A stretch of 28,521 nt of DNA. It comes from Nitrospirota bacterium (GTDB lineage Bacteria > Nitrospirota > UBA9217). The translations under genes and the position numbers were made by a program. A model generated the notes under the pieces. The model had not been told where the DNA came from and ran no database searches. It saw only the letters and a program-made list of their open reading frames with translations. The stretch covers positions 1 to 28,521 of the forward strand of contig JAOUEV010000047.1 of the NCBI GenBank assembly GCA_029858565.1. Direction: 5' to 3'. Positions within the stretch are counted from its first letter, which is position 1; each line of letters begins with the position of its first letter. Positions 1 to 8,236 of the stretch are shown here, piece by piece.

Positions 1-6
1 TAGGTA

Positions 7-188
7 GTAGCGCCCCTCAGCAATGGGGGGCGAGGATTGAAACATCGGTCAATCGCGGCATGATCGCTTTCAACTGTGTAGCGCCCCTCAGCAATGGGGG
101 GCGAGGATTGAAACGTCATAGGATTGGCCCTGTTGTGACCATCGTGGAACGGTAGCGCCCCTCAGCAATGGGGGGCGAGGATTACCTT
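7..188 (+). CRISPR. CRISPR array, trailer end (2 perfect repeats, 1 degenerate terminal repeat, 2 complete spacers); probably continues upstream of the window
   Basis: Repeat GTAGCGCCCCTCAGCAATGGGGGGCGAGGATTGAAAC (37 bp) at 7-43 and 78-114. Third copy starts at 152, identical for 32 bp, then ends ACCTT instead of GAAAC. Unique spacers 44-77 (34 bp) and 115-151 (37 bp). Internal hairpin CGCCCCTCA-GCAA-TGGGGGGCG; 3' ATTGAAAC handle typical of type I/III. Confidence 0.95.
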
Positions 189-277
189 TTCTGTCAGGCG
201 AAGGATGTTCTTTCCCGGCTGGCAACCTTTCCCCGCCGGAATGGCTGAAATCTCTATAAATTCCCCCGAAAAAACCC

Positions 278-306
278 TTGCAACTCCTCAATAAATTTAC
301 TATAAT
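278..306 (+). promoter_or_regulatory. sigma70-type promoter of the pheA superoperon
   Basis: TTGCAA (278-283), 17-bp spacer, TATAAT (301-306), 32 bp before the pheA ATG. Confidence 0.8.
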
Positions 307-338
307 CCATTCTCCTGCCGCTGGGCGGCATTTCTCTC

Positions 339-1412
339 ATGGCAAACGACAAGCTTAAAGACCTCAGAAACAAGATCGACGAGATCGATACCAAGATCGT
401 GGACCTCCTGAACGAGCGCGCCAGGATCGTGATCGAGGTCGGAGATATCAAGAAAAAGGAAAAGCTCGATTTCCACTCCCCGGGACGGGAGCGCGAGATT
501 CTGGAACGCCTGACCAGCCGCAATAAAGGGCCCTTTCCCCAGGATACGCTCCGGGCGGTCTATCGCGAGATCCTGTCGTCCTCACTTTCCCTGGAGCGGC
601 CGCTCAAGGTTGCATACCTCGGCCCCCGGGCCACGTTCACCCACATGGCGGGCATGCAGCAGTTCGGCCTTGCGTCACAGTATGTCCCTGTAGAGAGCAT
701 CAAGGACGTGTTCAGCGAGGTGGAGCGGGGCCGGTCAGACTACGGTGTGGTCCCCATCGAGAACTCGACCGAAGGCGTGGTGAACTACACCCTCGACATG
801 TTCATCGACTCGGATCTCAAGATCTATGCAGAAGTGATGCTTGAGGTCTCCCAGAACCTGATGAACCGGTCAGGCAAGATCGAGGACATCAGGAAGATCT
901 ATACCCATCCCCAGGTTCCGGGCCAGTGCCGGCAGTGGATCGAGAAGAATCTCGCGGGGATCCCCATCTTTGACGCGCCGTCGACCGCGCGTGCAGCCGA
1001 GATGGCAAAGGACGATCCCGAGGCAGGCGCGATCGCCAGCGAGATGGCCGCGATCCTGTACGGGCTCCAGTTCGTTGCAAAGAAGATCGAGGACAATCCG
1101 CACAATGTGACGCGGTTCCTGATCATTTCCAGGAAATCGCCGGGCAAGACCGGACGGGACAAGACCTCCATCATGTTCTCGATCAAGGACAAGGTCGGGG
1201 CGCTCCACGGCATGCTGACGCCTTTTGCCGACGCGGGTATCAACCTGAACCGGCTCGACGCCCGTCCGTCGGGGCAGAAAGTGTGGGACTACGTCTTCTT
1301 CCTTGATATGGAAGGCCATATCGAGGAACAGAAAGTGGCCGACGCGATCGAACGGCTGAAGCAGGACTGCATGTTCCTGAAGGTGCTGGGGTCCTATCCG
1401 CGGAGCGGATGA
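339..1412 (+). CDS. pheA: Chorismate mutase / prephenate dehydratase (P-protein)
   Basis: N-terminal AroQ domain (LRNKIDEID..LLNERA), prephenate dehydratase motifs VAYLGP..TFT, PIENSTEG, N.TRF, C-terminal ACT domain ending LGSYP. Confidence 0.97.
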   Translation: MANDKLKDLRNKIDEIDTKIVDLLNERARIVIEVGDIKKKEKLDFHSPGREREILERLTSRNKGPFPQDTLRAVYREILSSSLSLERPLKVAYLGPRATFTHMAGMQQFGLASQYVPVESIKDVFSEVERGRSDYGVVPIENSTEGVVNYTLDMFIDSDLKIYAEVMLEVSQNLMNRSGKIEDIRKIYTHPQVPGQCRQWIEKNLAGIPIFDAPSTARAAEMAKDDPEAGAIASEMAAILYGLQFVAKKIEDNPHNVTRFLIISRKSPGKTGRDKTSIMFSIKDKVGALHGMLTPFADAGINLNRLDARPSGQKVWDYVFFLDMEGHIEEQKVADAIERLKQDCMFLKVLGSYPRSG

Positions 1413-1416
1413 TTCA

Positions 1417-1615
1417 ATTTCGGATTGTAGATTTCGGATTGCGGATTGACCGGCGTGATGCAATTCGAGAGACACGGGCGTACGACGCATTAAGGTGACG
1501 AAGGCAGTGTGGAAAATTGAAATAACGGGCTGCGGAATCGCGGAGGTCAGAATGCCAGATGGAGGTCCTGCTGTAAAATCCGCAATCCGCAATCCGCAAT
1601 CCGAAATCCGCAATT
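1417..1615. repeat. Inverted pair of heptamer tandem-repeat arms flanking a 128-bp core
   Basis: Left arm 1417-1448 ATTTCGG-ATTGTAG-ATTTCGG-ATTGCGG-ATTG; right arm 1577-1615 AATCCGC x3-AATCCGA-AATCCGC-AATT. The right arm is the reverse complement of the left-arm unit. Confidence 0.85.
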
Positions 1616-1629
1616 CTGGAGCAGCTACC

Positions 1630-2712
1630 ATGATCAAAGTTGCCGATAATATTAAGAGCATCTCCCCGTACGTACCGGGGAAGCCCATCGAGGAACTGGA
1701 GCGGGAGCTCGGGATCTCGGGCAGCATCAAGCTTGCCTCGAACGAGAATCCGCTCGGACCTTCGACCAGGGCGGTGAACGCGGTCAAAAAGGCGGTGGAG
1801 GGCCTTAACCGTTATCCTGACGGCAGCGGGTTCTTTCTGTCCCAGGCGCTGGCGAAGAAACTTGATGTGGAGATCAGCCAGGTCATCCTGGGGAATGGCT
1901 CGAACGAACTGATCGAGCTGGCGGTGCGGACCTTTGTGCAGCCCGGCGATGAAGTGGTTTCGGCCGACCCTTCGTTCGTCGTGTACAAGATGATCACCCA
2001 GGCGGCGGGCGGGACGAACGTGATCGTCCCCTGCAGGAACATGACCCATGACCTTGATGCCATGGCAGCGGCGATCACCCCGAAGACGAAGCTGGTATTC
2101 ATCGCCAATCCGAACAATCCCACGGGCACCATGAATACCAAGGCCGAGATGGACCGGTTCATGGCCGCGGCGCCTGACCACGTGCTTGTGTGCGTTGACG
2201 AGGCATATTATGAGTACGTGACCCGCGCTGATTATCCCGATTCGATCGATTACCTCCGCGAGGAAAAGAACATCCTGGCCCTGCGGACCTTCTCGAAGAT
2301 CTACGGCCTCGCGGGACTGCGCATCGGCTACGGTGTGACCAGCCCGGCGATCGCCGAACTGATGAACAAAGTGCGCCAGCCGTTCAATACCAATTCGCTC
2401 GGACAGGTCGGCGCGCTGGCCGCGCTTTCAGACCGCAAGCACGTGGAAAAGTCGGTTACCCTGAACAACGAGGGCAAGCAGCTTCTGTACCGCGAGTTCG
2501 AGCGGCTCGGCGTCAAGTACATTCCCACGGAAACGAATTTCATCATGTTCGAGACCGAGTTTGAGGCCAAGGATTTATACACGGCCCTGCTGAAAAAAGG
2601 CGTGATCATCCGGCCAATGGGTCCCAAGCGGCTTCGCGTGACCATCGGCCTGCCGGAAGAGAACAAGCGGTTCGTGGCGGAGCTGGAAGAAGCGCTGAAA
2701 GGAACAGTATGA
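1630..2712 (+). CDS. hisC: Histidinol-phosphate / aromatic amino acid aminotransferase
   Basis: [49 protein letters not shown] (PLP lysine). Start moved to ATG 1630 (GGAG at 1618-1621); the longer track ORF reads through the repeat element. Confidence 0.95.
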   Translation: MIKVADNIKSISPYVPGKPIEELERELGISGSIKLASNENPLGPSTRAVNAVKKAVEGLNRYPDGSGFFLSQALAKKLDVEISQVILGNGSNELIELAVRTFVQPGDEVVSADPSFVVYKMITQAAGGTNVIVPCRNMTHDLDAMAAAITPKTKLVFIANPNNPTGTMNTKAEMDRFMAAAPDHVLVCVDEAYYEYVTRADYPDSIDYLREEKNILALRTFSKIYGLAGLRIGYGVTSPAIAELMNKVRQPFNTNSLGQVGALAALSDRKHVEKSVTLNNEGKQLLYREFERLGVKYIPTETNFIMFETEFEAKDLYTALLKKGVIIRPMGPKRLRVTIGLPEENKRFVAELEEALKGTV

Positions 2713-3722
2713 TCATCGTACTCCGTCCGGACGCGACCCAGGAAGATCTGGACCATCTCGTAAAGAAACTGAAGGACGTTGGGCTGCAGGCCCACATTTC
2801 CAAGGGCGTGGAGCGGACCCTGGTCGGCGCCATCGGTGATGAAGCGATACTGCGTGCCATGCCGCTGGAGGCCTTTCCGGGCGTGGAGAGCGTTCTCCCG
2901 ATCCTCAAACCCTTCAAGCTCGCCAGCCGCGATTTCCGTCGTGAGAATTCCATTATCAAGGTCGGCTCGTCCGAGATCGGCGGCAATCACATCGCCGTGA
3001 TCGCCGGTCCCTGCGCAGTGGAGAACAAGACCCTGATGGTCGAGATCGCCAAAGGCGTGAAGGCCGGCGGCGCCAACTTTGTACGAGGCGGCGCGTTCAA
3101 GCCCCGAACCTCGCCCTATGCGTTCCAGGGTCTCGAAGAGGAAGGGCTCAAATACCTTGCCCTGGCCAGGGAGCATACGGGTCTGCCGGTCGTGACCGAA
3201 GTAATGGACCCCCGGGACATCCAGCTCATCGCGGAATACGCCGACGTGCTCCAGATCGGCGCGCGGAACATGCAGAACTTCCGGCTGCTGAAAGACGTGG
3301 GGATGTGCAAGAAGCCCATTCTTCTGAAGCGCGGCATCTCGGCAACGATCAAGGAATGGCTCATGTCAGCCGAATACATCATGGCCGGAGGAAACCACCA
3401 GGTGATCCTGTGCGAGCGGGGCATCAGGACCTATGAGACCGAGACCCGGAACACTCTTGACCTCTCTGCGATTCCGGTTCTCAAGAAAATGACCCATCTT
3501 CCCGTGGTGGTGGACCCGAGCCATGCGGTGGGCAAGCGCGATCTGGTCGCGCCCATGGCCAAGGCCGCGGTCGCCGCGGGAGCTGACGGGCTCCTGATCG
3601 AGGTCCACTCCAATCCCGAGGAAGCGCTCTGCGACGGTGAACAGTCGCTCACGCCCGATGCTTTCAAGAAATTGATGGATGAACTCAGGCCCATCGCAAA
3701 GGCGGTGGGAAGGGAAATATAA
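2709..3722 (+). CDS. aroF: DAHP synthase type I-beta with N-terminal regulatory domain
   Basis: [41 protein letters not shown] motifs; ATGA overlap with hisC stop. Confidence 0.95.
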   Translation: MIIVLRPDATQEDLDHLVKKLKDVGLQAHISKGVERTLVGAIGDEAILRAMPLEAFPGVESVLPILKPFKLASRDFRRENSIIKVGSSEIGGNHIAVIAGPCAVENKTLMVEIAKGVKAGGANFVRGGAFKPRTSPYAFQGLEEEGLKYLALAREHTGLPVVTEVMDPRDIQLIAEYADVLQIGARNMQNFRLLKDVGMCKKPILLKRGISATIKEWLMSAEYIMAGGNHQVILCERGIRTYETETRNTLDLSAIPVLKKMTHLPVVVDPSHAVGKRDLVAPMAKAAVAAGADGLLIEVHSNPEEALCDGEQSLTPDAFKKLMDELRPIAKAVGREI

Positions 3723-3724
3723 GA

Positions 3725-3756
3725 AATTCGGAATTCGGAATGCGGAATGCGGAATG
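3725..3756 (+). repeat. Heptamer tandem repeat (AATKCGG x4.5)
   Basis: AATTCGG-AATTCGG-AATGCGG-AATGCGG-AATG directly after the aroF stop. Confidence 0.8.
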
Positions 3757-3822
3757 AAAGACAAGTCGAAACTGCAAATATCGTCATTTCCGTGAAACCC
3801 GCGGTTCGGCTCCTTAGTTTTT

Positions 3823-3846
3823 CTTCGTGACTTCGTGGCTTCGTGT
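3823..3846 (+). repeat. Octamer tandem repeat (CTTCGTGN x3)
   Basis: CTTCGTGA-CTTCGTGG-CTTCGTGT. Confidence 0.7.
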
Positions 3847-3904
3847 GAGATTGCTTTTGATTCCGGGTTGTATGGATTAGGTTTCATGGATTTAAGGTGT
3901 TGAG

Positions 3905-4048
3905 ATTACGAAGGACGACAAAAAAGAAAAAACGGGATGGTTCGAGTTGAGCGCTTGGGGAAACCTCCTTTTCTTTGTTTTTCTCATCATCGGAATATTG
4001 CTTATCACGTGGTTGTTTCCATATATCAGGCAATGTAGAACACAATAG
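3905..4048 (+). CDS. Putative small single-pass membrane protein (47 aa from ATT 3905, or 33 aa from TTG 3947); not in the ORF track
   Basis: Manual translation ITKDDKKEKTGWFELSAWGNLLFFVFLIIGILLITWLFPYIRQCRTQ*: charged N-terminus plus a ~22-aa hydrophobic helix; stop 3 bp before the tyrA ATG; AAGGTG 5 bp before the ATT. Confidence 0.45.
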   Translation: MTKDDKKEKTGWFELSAWGNLLFFVFLIIGILLITWLFPYIRQCRTQ

Positions 4049-4051
4049 CTC

Positions 4052-4915
4052 ATGTCATTCTCATTCAACAAAGTCACCATCATCGGCGTGGGCCTCATCG
4101 GCGGGTCGCTGGCAAAGGTACTGAAGTCCAAAGGCCTTGCCAAAGAGATCCACGGAAGCGGCCGGAGCCGCGAGACGCTCGAGAAGGCGATCAGGCTCGG
4201 CGTGATCGATCACATGGGCCAGAGTACGGCACATGCGGTGGAGAGCTCGGACCTGGTTGTTCTTGCAACGCCGGTCGGGACCTTTACATCGATCGTCACG
4301 GATATCGCTTCCCACCTGAAAAAAGGCGCCATCGTGACCGATGTGGGAAGCGTCAAGGGGGATCTTGTCAGGACCATAGAATGCATGCTGCCTGCAGGAG
4401 TACACTACGTTCCTGCCCACCCCATCGCCGGACGGGAAAAACACGGCGTGGAGGCGGCGACCGACGACCTGTTCAACGGGGCGCGGTGCATTGTGACGCC
4501 GACGGAGCTGACCGACAAGACCGCGCTCGAACGGGTCTGCTCGGTCTGGCAGGCAGCAGGCATGAATATTATCACCATGGACCCGGACCGCCATGACCAC
4601 GTCTTCGCGGCTGTAAGCCATCTGCCCCACGCAGCTGCCTACGCCATGGTCAGCACGGTCGCCGAGTTCAGTGAAGGTTCGACGAACTATATTAATTTTT
4701 CAGGCGCGGGATTCCGCGACTTTACGCGAATAGCCGCAAGCTCTCCCGAGATGTGGCGGGACATCTGTTTGCTGAACGGAAAGAACATGGTGGAAATGAT
4801 CGAGCAGTACCAGTTCTCCCTCAACCGCATAAAAAAAGCGATCAAGCAGAACAACGGGAAGAAGCTTGAGGAATTGCTGCGCAGGGCGAGCGACCTCAGG
4901 CGGGGGATGCGGTAG
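4052..4915 (+). CDS. tyrA: Prephenate/arogenate dehydrogenase
   Basis: GVGLIGGS Rossmann motif, TDVGSVK, HPIAGRE, HD..A.VSHLPH, GFRDFTRIA.S.PEMW. Confidence 0.95.
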   Translation: MSFSFNKVTIIGVGLIGGSLAKVLKSKGLAKEIHGSGRSRETLEKAIRLGVIDHMGQSTAHAVESSDLVVLATPVGTFTSIVTDIASHLKKGAIVTDVGSVKGDLVRTIECMLPAGVHYVPAHPIAGREKHGVEAATDDLFNGARCIVTPTELTDKTALERVCSVWQAAGMNIITMDPDRHDHVFAAVSHLPHAAAYAMVSTVAEFSEGSTNYINFSGAGFRDFTRIAASSPEMWRDICLLNGKNMVEMIEQYQFSLNRIKKAIKQNNGKKLEELLRRASDLRRGMR

Positions 4916-4918
4916 GCG

Positions 4919-6217
4919 ATGAGCGATCTGGTCATCCACGGTTCCCGCGGTCTGCGCGGCGAGATCACGCCGCCTGGCGACAAGTCCCTTTCGCACCGCG
5001 CGGTGATGTTCTCGTCCATAGCCGAGGGAGAAACTCAAATATCCGGGTTCCTTGCAGGCGAGGACACGCTGAACACCGCGCGGGCGATGCGCATGCTCGG
5101 GGTTCAGATCGATGACCTGGGTGCCGGAAGGTTCGTGGTCCATGGCAAGGGCCTGCGGGGTTTGTCCGAACCGGCCGGCGTGCTCGATCTGGGAAATTCC
5201 GGCACGGGCATGCGGCTTCTCGCGGGACTTCTTGCGGGACAGGACTTCTTTTCGGTCCTTACCGGGGACCAGTACCTGGTGAAGCGTCCCATGGGCCGGA
5301 TCGCCGATCCCCTCAGGACCATGGGCGCGGCGATCGACGGCAGGACCGCCGGGAAGTTCGCTCCCCTGGCAATTCGCGGAGCGGGAAAGAACATCAAGGC
5401 GATCGACTACCGGAGCCCTGTGGCGAGCGCGCAGGTCAAATCCGCGGTATTGCTTTGCGGGCTCTACGCCGCCGGCGCCACCTCGGTAAGCGAACCGCAC
5501 AAGTCCCGGGACCACACGGAACGGATGCTCCGCTTCTTTGGCGTCGATGTCCGCGAAGACGGCCTCAAGGTGAGCGTTCAGGGCAATCAGGCGCTTCGCG
5601 CGGCCGGTTCCCTCGTCATTCCCGCGGACATTTCCTCGGCAGCCTTTTTCCTGGTCGCTGCCACGATCGTACCGGGTTCGGACCTCATCATAAGGAACGT
5701 GGGGATCAATCCCACGCGCACCGGGATCCTCGATGTGCTTACAGCCATGGGCGCGGACATTATCCTGGAAAACCGGCGTGAACAGGCCGGAGAACCGGTT
5801 GCTGATCTTCGGGTGCGGCACCGCGCATTACGCGCGACGGAGATCAAGGGCGACATCATCCCGCGGCTGATCGATGAGGTACCGGTCCTCGCGGTGGCAG
5901 CAGCCTGCGCTGAAGGTACAACGGTCATCCGCGACGCTGAGGAGTTGCGCGTGAAGGAGTCGGACCGTATCGCTACGATGGCTGCGGAGCTCAGGAAACT
6001 GGGTGCTGATGTTCGCGAACGCCCCGACGGGATGGAGATCGCCGGGACCAAACGGTTGCGCGGCAATTTGTGCGAGAGCCATGGCGATCATCGCATCGCT
6101 ATGTCGCTGGCTGTTGCGGGGCTGGCGGCCGAGGGAGTGACAACCGTGCGCGATACCGAATGGATCGAGACATCCTTTCCCGGTTTTGCCGCGATGCTTG
6201 AGAATGCCGTTCATTGA
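4919..6217 (+). CDS. aroA: EPSP synthase
   Basis: PGDKSLSHRA, GNSGTGMRL, ASAQVKSA, RDHTERML, LRVKESDR, DHRIAM. Confidence 0.97.
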   Translation: MSDLVIHGSRGLRGEITPPGDKSLSHRAVMFSSIAEGETQISGFLAGEDTLNTARAMRMLGVQIDDLGAGRFVVHGKGLRGLSEPAGVLDLGNSGTGMRLLAGLLAGQDFFSVLTGDQYLVKRPMGRIADPLRTMGAAIDGRTAGKFAPLAIRGAGKNIKAIDYRSPVASAQVKSAVLLCGLYAAGATSVSEPHKSRDHTERMLRFFGVDVREDGLKVSVQGNQALRAAGSLVIPADISSAAFFLVAATIVPGSDLIIRNVGINPTRTGILDVLTAMGADIILENRREQAGEPVADLRVRHRALRATEIKGDIIPRLIDEVPVLAVAAACAEGTTVIRDAEELRVKESDRIATMAAELRKLGADVRERPDGMEIAGTKRLRGNLCESHGDHRIAMSLAVAGLAAEGVTTVRDTEWIETSFPGFAAMLENAVH

Positions 6218-6239
6218 CCTGTGCGAAAGGAGTTCGCGT

Positions 6240-7505
6240 ATGAAACCACTGCAGAGCATCCTTCTGTGTTTTGTGCTTGTCCTGGCAGCGATCGCGCCGG
6301 CAGACTCGGCAGAAGAGGCGGCCTTCGGGCCGGTGAAATACGATGTCAAGGACCGGTACGGAAAGCCGAACCTCTATACCGCCACGTTTACCGCAAAGGA
6401 AGCTGTCTATGTCATTAAGCTTCAGAACGGCGTGACCCTCGGCGAGAAGGTGGATTGGATGGAATTTTCCGTCAACGGCCAGAAGGTCGTGCGGAACGAC
6501 AAGTACTTGTATCCGTTCATTGCGGTTTTTACCAAGCTGAAGAGCGAGAACACCATAGAGCTCCTGATCCGCGACGACTATCCTGCGGGGATGAAGCGAC
6601 CTCCCGCCTATCCAAAGAATGTGACGATCACGGTGCTCCCGGCGCCTCAGGCCGGGGCGCATCTGCGAACGTCCCTGGGCCTTGCCGACTGGAACTCCCT
6701 GGGTGATGTGATCGGGATGTTCTCGAAACTCTCCGCATCTGCCGTCGCGCTGGCCACGGAAGCGGTCAATCTCGAGTTTGATATCGCGAAACGAGCAGAG
6801 TCACTCCGGAAGTTGTCGGATCTCAAGGACAAGTCGGTCGGCGGGCTCCTGCTCAGTATGTATGGTGATAGTCTTTCGGCGGCGCAGGTCCGGGCTGAGG
6901 CGGCGGTTGCGATAGGTGCTCAGGGTGACAAGAAGTCAATCCCGCTTCTTATGCAGGGAATACTGGATCCCGAGGAGATCGTCAGTACCGCTTGTGCCCG
7001 GGCATTGTCGTTCTATCCGGAGAGCGACGCACGGGAACTCCTGATCAAGACCCTCGAGAAACTTGACAACCTGCGCAAGGACGGCGCTATTCGCACGATC
7101 AGCAAAGGGGGATGGAAGCCCATCTCTACCATGATCGCGCTGTCGGAGTCACCGGATGCCCATGTGGTCGAGACTGCTCTGGGGGTCCTGGGAGGAATGC
7201 AGGTACCCGCGGCAACGGACTATTTGCTTGCGTCCCTGGATAATCCCGGAAAGCGTGCACGTTTCCTGTTCGTCCGGGCACTGGGCGATACCAAGGATGC
7301 ACGGGCGGTCGACGCGCTGATCGCAATCGCCGAGGACAAGCAGAAACGGCTGGGATTGGAAGCTGACCTTGCGGATTCCCTCGTCAGGCTGGGAGACAAG
7401 CGGGCAGCAGGAGCGATCAAGGAAATGGCCAAGAACCCACCGTCCAATTACATCGAGAGCCGTCTCCGATCTGCGTACTATCGTCTGACTGGCCAGGAAC
7501 TTTAG
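6240..7505 (+). CDS. Exported HEAT-repeat (PBS-lyase-like) protein with a probable beta-rich N-terminal domain
   Basis: ATG 6240 with AAAGGAG RBS; signal peptide MKPLQSILLCFVLVLAAIAPADSA; repeated helical units (VRAEAAVAIGAQGDKKSIPLL, RALGDTKDARAVDALI, SLVRLGDKRAAGAI). Confidence 0.75.
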   Translation: MKPLQSILLCFVLVLAAIAPADSAEEAAFGPVKYDVKDRYGKPNLYTATFTAKEAVYVIKLQNGVTLGEKVDWMEFSVNGQKVVRNDKYLYPFIAVFTKLKSENTIELLIRDDYPAGMKRPPAYPKNVTITVLPAPQAGAHLRTSLGLADWNSLGDVIGMFSKLSASAVALATEAVNLEFDIAKRAESLRKLSDLKDKSVGGLLLSMYGDSLSAAQVRAEAAVAIGAQGDKKSIPLLMQGILDPEEIVSTACARALSFYPESDARELLIKTLEKLDNLRKDGAIRTISKGGWKPISTMIALSESPDAHVVETALGVLGGMQVPAATDYLLASLDNPGKRARFLFVRALGDTKDARAVDALIAIAEDKQKRLGLEADLADSLVRLGDKRAAGAIKEMAKNPPSNYIESRLRSAYYRLTGQEL

Positions 7506-7559
7506 GAAGGAAACAGAACACCACTTGGGCGATGTAGCAGGAGATTCAGGGGAATCGGA

Positions 7560-8231
7560 ATGAAAGGGCTGGTAATAGCGATCGACGGGCCGTCGGGTGC
7601 GGGAAAGAGCACGATTGCAAAGCTTTTATCGAGGCGGCTTGGATATACGTATATCGATACCGGAGCGCTCTACCGGGCGATCGGATGGAAAGCCCGGCAG
7701 GAAGGCGTTGATCCGACTGACGAGCACGTGCTGGCCGCGCTGTGTTCGCGGGTGGATGTCCGGTTGCGCTACGAGAACGGTTCGCAGCGTGTCTCGGTAG
7801 ACGGAGCAGACGTGACCGATGCGATTCGCACGCCGGAGATGGGCATGATCGCGTCCACGGTCTCCAAGTCCCCGGCGGTCCGCGCGCGGCTGCTGATCAT
7901 CCAGCGGTCGCTGGGCGAACAGGGGAGCGTGGTGATGGATGGAAGGGATATCGGAACGGTGGTATTTCCGGACGCCGACGTGAAGTTCTTCCTGGATGCT
8001 TCGGCGGCCGAGCGAGGCAGACGCCGGTGGCGCGAACTGAAGGATAAGGGAATGGATGTTGACGTGAACGTGATAACCGCTGAGATCACCGCGCGTGACC
8101 TGCAGGACAGCGGAAGGGATATCGCTCCGCTCAAGCAGGCATCCGATGCTGCTTATGTGGACTCCAGCACCATGACCATCGAGCAGGTGGTGGATCGGCT
8201 GATGAGCGAGATCGAACGACGGAGCTTATAG
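7560..8231 (+). CDS. cmk: Cytidylate kinase
   Basis: IAIDGPSGAGKST, DTGALYRA, DGRDIGTVVFP, RD..DS.R..APL. Confidence 0.97.
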   Translation: MKGLVIAIDGPSGAGKSTIAKLLSRRLGYTYIDTGALYRAIGWKARQEGVDPTDEHVLAALCSRVDVRLRYENGSQRVSVDGADVTDAIRTPEMGMIASTVSKSPAVRARLLIIQRSLGEQGSVVMDGRDIGTVVFPDADVKFFLDASAAERGRRRWRELKDKGMDVDVNVITAEITARDLQDSGRDIAPLKQASDAAYVDSSTMTIEQVVDRLMSEIERRSL

Positions 8232-8236
8232 GAACA

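Noticed and set aside
44-151. Self-targeting CRISPR spacers
   Set aside because: No match to either spacer noticed in the window (visual check only)
88-291. 67-aa minus-strand ORF
   Set aside because: Runs through CRISPR repeats and the pheA promoter; no coding features
1495-1629. N-terminal extension of hisC in the ORF track
   Set aside because: Translation of the heptamer repeat (IRNPQSEIRN); homology motifs and RBS point to ATG 1630
3782-3812. CGTCATTTCCGTGAAACCCGCGG resembling a GTCATTCCCGCG-type REP
   Set aside because: Single degenerate copy with no proper hairpin
870-6662. Long antisense ORFs (870-1787, 1414-2181, 2328-3176, 4700-5821 and others)
   Set aside because: Shadow frames of GC-rich, well-supported plus-strand genes; no motifs
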